Assembly (NCBI GenBank): GCA_949358305.1
Contig: OX442314.1
Span: 11,718,001-11,782,000 of the forward strand
Reading direction: 5' to 3'
DNA: 64,000 nt
Source: Strigamia acuminata
Lineage: Eukaryota
Positions 11,391-27,702 of the stretch are shown one piece after another (the first letter of the stretch is position 1; each line of letters begins with the position of its first letter). The position numbers and the translations under genes are program-made. The notes beneath the pieces are model-generated. The model ran no database searches, was not told where the DNA came from, and saw nothing but the letters and a program-made list of their open reading frames with translations.

Positions 11391-14300
11391 TATTTGTTTA
11401 ACCACAACCAGGACCCAACTGCTTAGAATCGATGTTTTCTTTTCCTATTCCACGTTTATTTGGAAGTGACGGTCCATCAAAACTCTGAGAACTGACTCCA
11501 AGAATCCACAACTTCTAACACAACCTTTCCAATTTCCCCACCAGAGGGCTCATCAAACTAGACCCGACTATAAAAAAAAACCGAGCAAGACCCAAGCATG
11601 CAATAAACAAATTGACCTAATGGGCAATAAGCCTATTGTGCAATTCAAAGCAAAGTCCATATTTGCACAGTATAATCAGTTCAATTAGCAAAGCAGTTGA
11701 ACTTATAAACTTTATTTGCATAGAACATTGGATTAGGTCAACACGGAGCAGGAGAGAAGGCCTATTGCAAACACCATTGATTGCAAAGCTAACGAGGGAG
11801 AAAATCAAGTGTGGAAACCAAAGAAAACATGCAAGACACCATTTGAATTAGCCCAAAACGCAGAAAACGTGCACAAAGACGAAAATCCTTCCCATTTTCC
11901 AATTTTCCCAACCCCGGTTCCACCATTTGACTCGAAATCCCTCATCAAACTATAATGAGACTCCTCCACAGAGTTTAATCTAACAAAAGCACACATTGCT
12001 TTTGTCGGCGCCGAATGAATGATATCATTTGCATACGGTGATTTCTAACTTGGTTCAATGTTGTTGTTTAAACAGGGGTCCACTAAACTTATTAACTGCG
12101 CATACCCAATCATCGTAATCAAATTATGCAAAAATGAAGGGAAACTTTCTATTCGCTGACACATCATACTAGCATTTTTCAACCATTTTCGCTTCCCAAT
12201 CGTGACCCCAACCCGACCTCAACTCAAGTAGATCAAATTGGATTTCCTATAAAATGTTACAATAAAGAAAGAAAGGGATTTTTGGAAAAAAGAAAAGCGA
12301 TGGGGCAATGATACCGTTTGTCAGTCATAATGAACACCGCCTACTCTTTTGCATTCGCATTCAAACCCATTAGAACCTCAAATTACCATCTGTGCACAGT
12401 CCTGGCTGATTCTGCTTCAGGGAGGAGTTGCTAATGTTTTCTGGCTTTATTTAATTGGCGAGGGTAGTTCATCAACCTCTGACTCCCATCTGTTCTTCAA
12501 CATGTCTTCATTTTAACATGTTCTGTTTCATTGCGTTTCTCAAGACATTGAACCGTTTAATCCAATAACTCCATGCCAATGAGTTATTACCGTAAAAACA
12601 GAAAACTACTACGCTATTACAGCGACGGATAATGCTCAATGAATTACAGTCAAAACTCTTTATAACGAATTGCGATATAACGAATTATCGATATAACAAA
12701 TACCTAAAAATGGCTGGTTTATTTGGCTGGCCATAGAACACCATGTTAAATCGCGATCATATTTGCTGTGCATCTGTCAAGATATTTCTTACTGTGTCTA
12801 TTTTTATAATTGACCTAAATCTGCAGTGAATGTTCTATGCGTGACAAAATTGCAATAAAAGAATTATAAAAGCAAGCTGATTTCATTTCAAAGAACTCTA
12901 ATGAAATCAACATCATGTTTTCAATGCTTTAATAAATAAATTATGATGTTGCTATTTTCCTCACTCCACCACCGTTTTGTTAAGCCAACACATCGTGCAA
13001 CAACTCAATAAAACTTACACTTTTTCCCACCTGAGGGCAGACCTTCCTGCCTGAAAACTGAAGAGAAGGGAAAGGGATGGTTCTAGTTTCAAGAGAAAAA
13101 TGGAACAGCTGTTAGCCCCACTCTTTTGGCGAGCACTTGGGGACCTCAAAGAAGAAAAGTGGGCGGGGGGAGTGACAAGAATGACCTTCAAGTACACTTA
13201 ATTACCACCAACATGGCAGTGAATGCAACAACCACTAAAAGCAGTACAGGAGAAGAGAAACCAGATCAACAACCCCTTCTGTGAGCAGAATACTAAAATA
13301 AAAATGAAAATATACAGAAGAACGTCGATTATGTATCCGAACATCACTTATCCAAACAGCAGTGATCAATCTTTTAATCGATTTATAACGATTTTGTACC
13401 GATTTTTTATTTTCATATTCAGTAAGTCCCCTAAAAACAAACATTTGAGTTACAAACTGTCAGAGATACAAACTTCAAATTTTGCGACATCGTTTATGTT
13501 AGTTCGCGTGTCTAAAACTGTATGCCAGCTGTTGTACTTTTCAAAGTAAGATTAAAAATTGTGTTTTATACGTATCTTTATTAATTTCTAATAAAAAAGT
13601 ATGATAAAAAATGTTTTCTTCAATTAGAATTAACAATTTTTCCACCTTGTACAGTTTTGCTAGACTTACGAACAATTCAACTTGCGAATGCATTCTCGTT
13701 CACATATAGGCGACTTGCTGTAACCAAGGATATCATGGACACGTATCCGTGTGTTATTTCCTATTGATTCGTTGTTCTGTGTACTGATTGGATGACAGCA
13801 ATCACATGTCATTACTTGCCAACAAGCATGTTTGTTACCTGTTGTCATCCCAGAATACATTGCAGCTATATATTATGTGGCGCCATTGGTGGCAAAACGC
13901 CCTGAACATGTGGATATGTATCCATGTTATCCTTGCTTGTACATAAACCTAATGTCCGATTATGTGACCAAATTGACTTTACGAACACCTGTGTCTCCCA
14001 ATTTCGGATAATCGACCTTCTACTGTAAAAAGATAATTAAAAAAAAAATAATATAAAAAAAATAATTCATTTAGTAGCACTTGGGATGACTCCTATAGTC
14101 TTTTAATTTCTGTGCTCCAGAGCAGATTCCATAATTGCGCTCTAAATTTGATACCATCCATAAATGAGGATGCGAGAGATGAAGATAATTTTCATCTAAC
14201 CGACAAAGGGGTCAATTCTCCATTAATCTCCCCCTGGTATGGGTAAATTAGGCTTAAAGAGACGTGGGGGAAGGAAAAAACAACACCCTCGTTCTCATGT

Positions 14301-16064
14301 AGATATACCTTTTTCCTATTTTCAATTCCCCTCATTTTGATCGCTAACGAGACCATCATGAGAGCGCGAGTAGAGTCGGCCATGTTTGTAAAGTAATAAC
14401 ACGACGATAATAAGTTTTGGTTTTATTTTGGTTTCGTTGCCAACTCGCGTGTATTGTGTCATTTATTCCTTCTAACGAGAAGGAAAAAGGATCGCTTATT
14501 GGCATCGCAAACCAATGGCGCTGCCTTAATGAGAAGGTTAGTATAGAAAGCGCGGTAAAGCTTCTTGTTACTTGAGCCAACGCGAGTTTGGGGCAAAGTG
14601 GAATAAGAGAAGCAAAATGAGAGATTTCATTAATGAGTCTCGTCACAAGTTCAAATGGCGCTCAGCAATTATTTTGCTTTTCGTGAATATCAAATACATT
14701 TATCCGCAATAACTTAGTTTAATAAAATCTGCAGCACACACGGCCGACTTGCACCTTTTTACGAGAAATAATCAAAAACAACTCATCAATTCGTCACTAT
14801 TGCGTATACGATCAGTTTAACTCATTTTACTCACTGGTGTCTTGATGCCAAAATCAAACTGTAACCCCCTGCCTCAAATAATCATTTCTTTACAAATTAT
14901 AATCGATTAAACTAACCGCATTCCTATATATGTGTGCAACATGTATTTAAACATGTTCTGTTGTTTAAATAAACATGCCACTGCGACTGAAAACAGACTA
15001 AATCGGTCATTTTTTAGGTTAGATCAAAACAAGCAGTTTAAATGTGTTGTTTAAAATGCTGTATAGTCTAAATGACTTTTTGTGGCAGAAATTTTCGGCC
15101 TGGATTTGTCATCAGACACCAGTTGCAATACACTAATATTTTAATCCTACCTTTTGACGACTTCATTGCTCATTTATCTGCATTTTTTTCAAATATTTAA
15201 ACCTGTTATATTCAATTATAAAAACAGTATCAATAAAAAATTCATTATATATTCATTTATTAAACCATACAAACCAATTTTATCAAGTTCCACGATTTTT
15301 TAAGCCTCTTCATCCTAAACCTGATTTCGTAATAAACAAAAAAAAATCTTAAAAAATTATTTTTATAAAAAAAAAAATAATAATAATAATAATAATAATA
15401 ATAATCATAAACAAAAGCTCAAATTTGACTGGATTTTATTAACCACTCATGTTCCACCAACTTATTTGCAACCAAAAAATGTGTTAAGTCATCATCGTTA
15501 AACCTTCCCAAAAGCATCTCCAGTCTCGACGCAACGCAACCTTCACTCACTGGTGTTTACTTTGGCACAATGCAATTTTCCCATCCCATCAGATATTACA
15601 AAGCCGGCATTCTTTTGTCGAAAAAATAGCACAACCAGCTTCTCAACTTGTCTTCATTGACACCTCCATCAAAGGCCACCGCTTCGTATCATCCCACGCC
15701 CTGCCGACCTCGCCTCACATCCCATCCCAACGCTCACGGATCACTTGCCTATAGATTCCATTATAGGCCTCACTTGGGCTGCAACATGCCACCGACCCTA
15801 CACCACTTAAACCATTAATTCACGCGACAACTGGCGGCAAAAAATAAAATTAAAAAATGCCTTACTATTTTACTCGTAATACTAATCTCTTACAATCAAT
15901 GGCATCTTAGAATTAAAGAAATACGATATTTTAATGCTCATCCAGACACTGCTTAGCTATAAGCCCACACAAGCAAACAAAATGGCAGATAAACAAACGA
16001 CCGGCCGCTTCAATCACTCGAAGGTGGCCCAAAAGTTCAAAAAAGTCCATGGACAGTGACCAAC

Positions 16065-16570
16065 CGTGTGTTTGAATCGGTTTGAATCGCATTTTTTAAA
16101 AATCCGATCCAATCCAAAAAATTTCGGATGGATAAACCAAATATCCAATTCTATCCGGTAAAAAATGGTGGCCCATCCAATCCTATCCTCATTCAATTCA
16201 AACCGAGTGCGGATTGCGGATTGCGGATAGGATTGAATCCCAAACGTCCAAACGTCTCAAACTGATGAATTAAGTGCAAAAATAACCCAAAAAAATTTAA
16301 AAAGAGCAGAACTGACCAAAAATAGTCGAAAAAAATGAGAAAAAAACCATAAGAATTTAAAATAAAGTGCATTCAAATTGGTTTTTTTAATTTCGGATTA
16401 TAAAGATCGGTTTTGGTTTTTTTTCCCCAATCCTATCCAGAATGTATGGATAAAATTTTGAATTATCCAATCCAATTAAAAAAAAATTGGATTGATTTGA
16501 GACCATCCGAATCCGACTCAATTCAATCCGAATTCGGTTTTGGTCGGATTATATCCTATCCGACCGCATA
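16065..16570. repeat. Degenerate element rich in ATCC(A/G)ATCC motifs in both orientations (probable old MITE)
   Basis: Many CCAATCC, CGGAT and CCTATCC motifs around an A-phased core. No convincing TSD. Confidence 0.45.
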
Positions 16571-18160
16571 GCAGGCCCACGGACCAAGGGCCCCATAGAG
16601 GACGAAACAAATATTTTCTTGAATAAATGTACCAAAAATCCTATACTTGTATAAGTTTCACATTAGCCCATTGACTTATTGCTATGCCACTGTCCACGGA
16701 TGAGCTTATATAAAATAAAGCGTTTAAGACGAGAGTAAGACTAACCCTTGCTTTACTGAATTACTCGTGTTGGTGTCTAGAAATGACCCGGTGGTTAGGC
16801 AGAGCGCACGCGCGGGTCGTAGGCAATCAGTCGCGCGCTCATCCATCATCCAAACTAGATTAGGATGAAAAGCGCCGCCACGTGGAAATGGGAGATCTAG
16901 TCGTCCGACAAATGAGCGTCGAACCCAGGCTTTTGAGTCGAAATCATCCGATTATTAAACACCCCGAGGGGGGAAACGTGCAAGAGACGATCCCCCTTTG
17001 CTCCGCTCTTGTTTAAAAGGGACGATGTTGGTCGATGTTGGTGAAGGTGATGGAGAAAGAAAGAAAGAAAAAAAGAGAGAGAGAGAAAGAGTTCATTGTG
17101 ACTGACGAGTCAGTTTGTTTGCTTTGGAATTATTCTAATGACTACGGAGTCTGTTTAGGCGACCCCGTCAGCATGCGACTGTCAATTGAGTGAATCTCAT
17201 TAGAAAATCAATTAGAATCAGGAGGAAACTGCGCAATTGGCATGAGCGACAACAAATGTCAATAACAAACTGCATGTAACTTGCAGGACTAACTTGCACC
17301 GATGAATAAAGGTGAGAAGCGAGAAAATATTCGTTTCGCAGTTTCAATCACGTTTTAGAGTGTTTACTAGCAATCGTCCATGCAGCATGCGTGGAATTTT
17401 GATTAAAAGTTTATTAAGAAATTGTAATACACTTTTTTCCGCATATTTGCATCTTAGTTTCAATTATGTTTTAGAATGTTTATTTTTGTGCTAAAGTTAG
17501 CAGTAGCGCCGTAGTAAACACTAAACTGACTCATTTTACTTTGTCTGATTAGAAATTTACGAAATTTTAATTTGATTTCGTGCTTCGTTTTTGGTTTATA
17601 GGATGACGCCATTTTGTCTCGATCTATTAACGTTTTTACGACGGTTGATCGATCGATTATTAGCTTTGTGAGTTGTAAAGATCGAAATTTATTGCATAAC
17701 GTGTCGTAATATATCGTGAAAGAAATTAATTGTACTTTAACTAAGTTTACGACAGATTTTTTTTAAAAAGTTTTGTCAAAAAGTTCGTTGTTCATGTTAG
17801 GCTTATTTATATAACAATTTTATTTCTGCTTGTTGCTAATTTTTATGCAGATTCTTAGCAATCTGACACACGAAACAAATTTTTTCGTAGATTTCGTAAA
17901 TCTCGTAATAGCCTTTTCTTACCTATTGTCCAAAATCCCGAATTTTATAACTTGTTGTAACGTGTTGTTCTTGTTGTATCGGACGGATTCGTTGAATTGC
18001 TATTTACCACGTATCTGTCAATGGCTTATCTCTGCAAAAATAGTTAATTGAAATAAACAAAATGTACTGCTCTGAATTATTCATTTACCAGAATAAAATA
18101 ACACTTAAAATTTTAAAAATTACGTTCGAGTTAAGCTGATCGAGCAACGTAAGGCAAGTC

Positions 18161-18712
18161 GCGCCCTCTATTGGCAAAAATATAAAACAAGTGTCAATCG
18201 TAGCTCATAGGTGGTGCTGCATGATATTGCGAGGCAAAATGAAATGAAATGAGTAAATTAATGAAAATAAATCTTTTGATAAAGGAGATACACACTTGTC
18301 GTCATTCATGACAAATTATTTTGTAATAAAATTGTTCAAAAACTAAATAATGATATTTTACTTAACCTTTGAAGTGGGTACAACAATCGGTTCATGGTTC
18401 AACATCGGTACCACAACCAACATAATCAGAAAACAAAAGGCCTATCCACATACAGTGAACAGAAGGAAATTAGGGACTTTAAAAATTTTTCTTAAATACA
18501 TATTCTCAACGCAAATGATTTGAAGAATAAAAATTTATTTTCTAATTCAAAAAATATATAAAAAGTAATAATTGTACAACAATATTCAAATTCACTCTGT
18601 TTTAGAAATATATAGATGTAGATATAGATATATATTATATAGATAAAAATTGACACAATATGTACCCACCAAGTACGCAATCCGGAATAAATATTTTGCC
18701 ACTAGACGATGC
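18161..18712. promoter_or_regulatory. Cluster of CTCF-like motifs (candidate insulator)
   Basis: GCCAATAGAGGGCGC (- strand, 18161-18175), CTCATAGGTGGTGC (+, 18204-18217) and GCCACTAGACGATGC (+, 18698-18712), compared with the consensus CCASYAGRKGGCRS. Confidence 0.4.
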
Positions 18713-18940
18713 TGTAATCGCGAGATAACAAACCGACAAGCGTCGTACTAGGAAATTGTTTAGGTACCGGTAATAGAACAATATTTTCCTTTTTTTAACA
18801 TGTCAGAAAACAATAATTCCAACGGATTCTTGAATTTAAAAATATTTTGCAAATTTTGCCAAAATTAAAAGAAAACTTTTTTTTTTTGTTTTTTTTTTAT
18901 AAAAAAAAAACAACGAGCAGAAATCCAATAAAAGAAATCT

Positions 18941-20431
18941 ATGAGAAATATAAGAAATCTGTATGGTAAAGTATCCAACATTTAAAACGACAAAAAGCCG
19001 ACATTAAACTTCACCTTTCTGGCAGATTCTCGACTGTTAGCAAGAAGATTTCCTCCTCCAAAAATGAATTGCTTTCTCAGCTTCCAACCAAATAAAGGTA
19101 CATATTTTATAATATACATCCGAGTAAATAAACACTAAATTCACTCAATATTTGCAGACAGATACCTTCGTATGCCCATCGAAGAAAAACGACATTTGTA
19201 CGCGTGTGGTGGGAAATTTGTTTTAGTCAAAGACGTGTCACCTTGGCCTTTTTATTACGACAAATTGAAAGCCAATGGAAGTAATATTAAGACGCAATTT
19301 ATTTATTCATGCCAATTTTGTAATCCAAAAATTCCTACTCGACTTAGAAGTGGAAATGAATTTTCCACCACCAGTGAAGGAGTGTTCAGATAAGATAAAA
19401 TGGGTGGCGAGAGAGAAATATCGCGGCAAGATCTCGCTCTGGCGCGGCGACATAACGTACCTGGAAGTTGACGCGGTTGTTAACGCCGCTAACACGTCAC
19501 TTATGGGTGGCGGTGGAGGTGAAAAGTAATTTTTATGTGCGTAGAATTGTGGTATTTATGTGTCGGATTGTTTTTACAGTGGATGGCGCCATCCATGCGG
19601 GCGCTGGCGGGGAATTACAAGAGGAATGTGCAACTTTGAACGGGTGTGAACCGGGAGATGCAAAAATAACTGGTGGTTATAGGTTACCTGCAAGATGTAT
19701 GAATTGTTTGTTGGCGTAGGTTTATTGGATTTATTTAAGTTTCTTTGTATTTTTTTTATAGATATTATTCATACGGTTGGTCCGACTAGTCACAAGCCGG
19801 AATTATTACACGCTTGTTATGAAAATAGTTTGAGAATCGCTAAAGCAAATGGTTTAAGGACGATAGTAATTTATATTTTTGTTGTTTTATGTTTTTGATG
19901 GTTTATGTTGGTTTGTTTTGTGGTTTTAGGCATTTCCGTGCATCGCAACTGGAGTTTATGGTATTTATTTGTGGTTTGGTTGTTTTGTTGTGTTTTGATG
20001 ATGTTTTTTTTTAGGTTATCCGAATGAAGAAGCATGTAGAATAGCTCTGGAGACTGTGAGGAAGTGGTTTGATAGAGGATTCGTGGATTACGTATGTTGT
20101 TGGTGAAAAAATTCAATTTTTTACGTTAAAAATTCAATTTTTACGTGGAAAATTCAATGCAATGAAATACAGGCCTGGAAACCTTACACTCATATTCTAA
20201 AAAAAATATTTGGTAGCCTTAATACTTATTCTGTTTAGGTGGACCGCATAATCTTTTGTGTTTTTTTGGAATCAGACATGAGATTGTACGAAAGAAATAT
20301 CCCAACTTTTTTCCCAAATCTTCCGCCCGCACCGCCTGCGCCACTTCCTGCTGCAGGTTGAATCGTATTTTATTTGACTATTTAAATCTATTAACTCCAT
20401 ACTTCCATCAATTGCAGAAGAAGCAGCCTAA
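18941..20431 (+). CDS. MACROD2: ADP-ribose glycohydrolase MACROD1/2-like (macro domain), multi-exon
   Basis: Spliced peptides [91 protein letters not shown]. Start (18941 vs ~19063) and last exon (stop 20361 or 20431) are uncertain. Confidence 0.9.
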
Positions 20432-20877
20432 AAACGAATCGTCCACCGCTCTCTATATTATCTCAAGCAAAATTCGTAGTTTTTAAATACAATATTAAAT
20501 TCACACTTCTACTTACGAAACAATATCAATTAGCTTGTAAAATATACTATTTAATGTGAAAATAAAGTGATTATCCCATGATTTTAAACACCACGATAAT
20601 TTTCTTTCACAAAATAAAAAATAAAAAGCCCGAGATAATTAAAACGTGTTGAATAAACTATAAATAAAAATAAAAAAAATCTAAAGAATTTTCACATTTT
20701 TTACGGACTTTTCTGTATATTTTCGGCTTGGCTTAGTGTATTAATCGATATAAGCCGTTATCGACCGCAAATTGTACTCAATTTTGGGCATGCGCATTGG
20801 CTTTACTGCACGGCCTGTCTCCATTCTGAAATCTCTCAATTCCCATTTTTTTACTGTGTAAATTACAATTTACAGAG

Positions 20878-22234
20878 ATGATATGGCTGTTTAGGACTTT
20901 ACTTTTGTTTTTAATTTGTGCTGGTACGTTTCGCTCGAATATTTTCACTTATTACGACGTAATACTACTGCATTTTTAATTTTCATCTTTTTAAGCTTTT
21001 TTCCCGAAAAGTAGGACCCAAGAATCCACTGTTTCAACGACAACTAGTGAAGACGATGTCGAAGAACCGACCTCAACTGACCCAGAAGAAGAAACCGCAT
21101 CCGTAAGGTCAATTATCTCATTATCTAGGCTCATTAATCGATTTTAATGCAAATAGACCAGCAAATTGACTACCACGGAAGCAGCATTTGGTAAAATCTT
21201 AATTATTTTAAATTATTAAACGTGTAAATTGATTTTTCGGTGTGATTTTAGACGCGTCTGACCAACACAGTGCAACTGAATCTGGCCCTGAAGAATCTTA
21301 CCTTGTCAGAGATCCAGATAATGATTCTAAAATCTGTTTAGCGCTTCAGTTCGAGGGCGGATTTGCTATTTTTTATCCAGATAAAGATGGAAAAGAATTG
21401 GTAAAATATATTTTTTAAAGCTATCAAACATTTTATACCTAAAATACGCCGCTATGTTGATAGAAAAGCGACCCGTCGACATCGAATGGATTTGATTACG
21501 ATGGTACATGTGAAATCGAAAAGGAAACTCACAGTATTACATTACAATGGCTCGGATATAATTTCACCCTGATAATAAACAAAGTAAAAATCCAGTTAAT
21601 TCATAACAAAAAAATCGTAGTTTACAATTAAAATTTTGAAATTAATTGTGTTTTAGACTACTTCTGGCGACGAATGGCGTGTAAAGAGCATGGAACTTAA
21701 ATTCAACCCGCAAAACGTTTTCGAGGCACCGGACGAACGTAATATTTATCCAAAAGAAAAATAAAATTAGAATTTAAAATTTTTATTTATTCAAAATTTA
21801 TTTAGCATCGTTGGCGACACTTTCAGCAGACACGGAAACACTCAAGATGTTTACGGCTCCATTAGATCAAAGTCTCTCTTGCATTCCAAGCAAACCGATT
21901 ATATTGTACACGAGTGACGACACTCCGGCCGCTTTTGTGGCGATTCACCAACTGCGATTGCAAGCATTCGACGTTGGACACGAATTCGAATCTGGTAAAT
22001 TAATTTAATAAAATTATGAAATATCAATTGACGATTTATTTGTATATTTTTTATTTTTCAGACAGTCCTTGCGTCGAGCCAGTTGCGAAAAGGGAATCAT
22101 ATCAAAGCGATACAGCGCCAATTGCTGTGGGCAGCACTCTCGCTGTTTTAACATTGGGCGTCATTATAGGTTACGCGATCTACAGATCATTAGTAAATAA
22201 AAAAGTCGATTACGGCAACATTCAAGGTGAATAA
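20878..22234 (+). CDS. LAMP-family type I membrane glycoprotein with a single LAMP domain (LAMP5-like)
   Basis: Signal peptide MIWLFRTLLLFLICA, then a Thr/Glu-rich stalk, ICLALQF..YDGTC, SLSC, LRLQAF, TM segment IAVGSTLAVLTLGVIIGYAIY and tail KKVDYGNIQGE with a YxxPhi motif. Confidence 0.75.
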
Positions 22235-23666
22235 AAATATCAAATGCAATTGTTTTTAAACAGTATTAAATAATTAATCAGGAAAAATAAGAGCAAAATT
22301 GTGAATTTTAAAACGAGACAATACTGTTATTGTTATTATTATTTATTCCTACTGGATGAATTTCAGAAATTCTTGTTAATTACTTGTAATATTTCTCCGA
22401 AATGTGAGCTGTGCCTGTTGTCTGTGTCAAGGATTTTGAGAAATACGAAATATCCGTGTAAATTATTAGATTCGCATCGTAGAATTTTAGATTCGTACGT
22501 ATAAAAATAGTTCGTGTAGTAAATTTCCAACTCGTCTTATCAGACTGGTCTTCCAAGTCATTCATCAGTGGATTAGCTCTGACAAATGTATTCGCACGAA
22601 TTTATAGATTCACTCTTTTAAGTTTTTAAAAGATTTAAAACAAAAAATTGATGTAAATTTGTTAACGGAAAGAACAAAAGAAAAATCGTTACTTAATAGT
22701 GAATAAAAATAAAATTGTAACTTTACAAATTATAAACCTCATGATTTCATTCTCATTTATTACTGAAAAATATTTGGCTGCCGAACATAAAGAAACAAAA
22801 AAATCAAATAGTTTTACAGGAATGTATTCTGCTTATCAAAAGCATTAAAATGACAACCGTCACCTGCATTTTATCGTATTAAAACTCTACAAGCTGCTGT
22901 AGTAGGTCTAGAAAATCGCCTACACCTGATGAAACAGTTAACAATTATACAAAATATATATGTAACCATTTTTGATATGAATAATTCAGTACTAACACTC
23001 CTAAATGTTTTCTACTTAAGGCCAATTTGTACCAATAAAAAAATCACTGCACAGTGTTAATAAAAATCCATTAAATATTTAACTAACGACACGGTGCATC
23101 TATACATTATTATTAATTCTAAATACTCAAATTTTTGGCATAAAAATCAGTGTATTTAAAAATCTCGTGGGTAGTTCGCTCAATTATGCCGTCAAACACC
23201 GTTATTACATCTCCGATGCAAGTAGATAATACAAGATTACAATATAAACAAATTTTCTAAATATTCGTGTATAATAATATGCTTGTATAAAATTTACTCG
23301 TTTCTTTCGTACTATACAACTGTCTTCAAATTTGTCTTCACAAATTAAGTAGTCTGTCACAATTTAATCAATAAAAAAATCAACAAAAACTGATCAGTTT
23401 GGACGGAACATGATCTGTACGCGTACAATCAAAACATGATTGCGATTTAAAACAAAAACAAAATAGGAAATTTGTTTATAATAACAATAATAATAATAAT
23501 AAAGATATTCACAATTAAAAACTCTTCTTTCCGATAGAAATCTCATCTCTTTTTTTTTACTTTAAATTAAATAAAGTAAAAATTACGCTTGTAAAGTTTT
23601 AAAAAATAAAAACAAATCAGAGAAAAGAAATTCAAGAGAAAAACTATCCGGTTTTCAACCGGAATT

Positions 23667-26649
<2,983 letters not shown>

Positions 26650-27415
26650 TCTTTCCTAAAAAAAACAACAACAATAAATTAATTATTCAATTAATTAATT
26701 AACAAAATTTAATTAACTTATCCACGCTTTCTCAATCCAAATTAAATACATTAAACAAACCGAACTATTTTTGCGCTAGGTACAAACAAAGTGTCCGTTA
26801 CACACATGAAGGGAGAGAAAGAGCAATCTGCGTAATATCAAATTACAGCCAGTTAGAAATGCGCACTTGCATTCCACAACTGTTTTCTGTGTCAAGTCAC
26901 ACAAAACTGAATAAAACATCAAAAATCAGACAAAAAAATGTACATATTTTTATTTAAATTATTTTTTCCAAAATCCAACGTCAAAACCATGTCGCCAAAC
27001 ACGCAAAACTATAAATTTTATATCGAAAAATTGTTAACACTGGTCTTCCTTGATCCTGTCATTAGGTTATAATGGTTTAATTGACCACTTGAAATGTGAA
27101 TTTCCGCCATAAAAATCTCTTGTATGGGAATTTTTTATTGTTGTTATTATTTTTATTTCATTAAATCCAAGACGAAAATAATTCAAATTTTTTTTTTCTC
27201 TGGACAATAAACAACAATGGAATAGTTTGACAAATCAAGTGCAATGGCTCCTGGCACGTATGCACGATTGGAATGCGATGTAATGTTGAAGTTGAGCAGA
27301 CTCCAAACGGTTCATTTTAACCAAAATCTTCGTTTGTTTAATTTTATTTTCTGACGTATATTTAATTTTAAGTAAAGGAAACGGTTATCTATAGTGAATA
27401 CGTAACGGTACTTAC

Positions 27416-27510
27416 CTAAATGTGAAAGTTTAGAGTAAAAAAAAGCATCAAATATCCCTTTTGACGAAAACTCTCGCTTCACTTTGCAGCCGCCATGTTT
27501 ACATCCGGGC
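27416..27510 (-). other. Probable non-coding first exon of PAK, containing a uORF/YY1-like motif
   Basis: Donor TTAG|GTAAGT at 27415; acceptor 6 nt upstream of the PAK ATG; AACATGGCGGCTGCAAAGTGA at 27499-27479. Confidence 0.55.
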
Positions 27511-27702
27511 TTTTAGGGCAGGTGCGCCGTTTCGTGATTAAGGGTAGAGTAAGAGGTGACAGAGATAGTTGGGAATGCAGACAACACAATGATGGGAAAG
27601 AATTTGGACATTTTTTCCAAATAAACATTTTTTAATAAATAATAAACAAACAAATAAATGTAAAATAAAACTGAGTCTTTCAGTTTAGTCGAAATAAATA
27701 AA

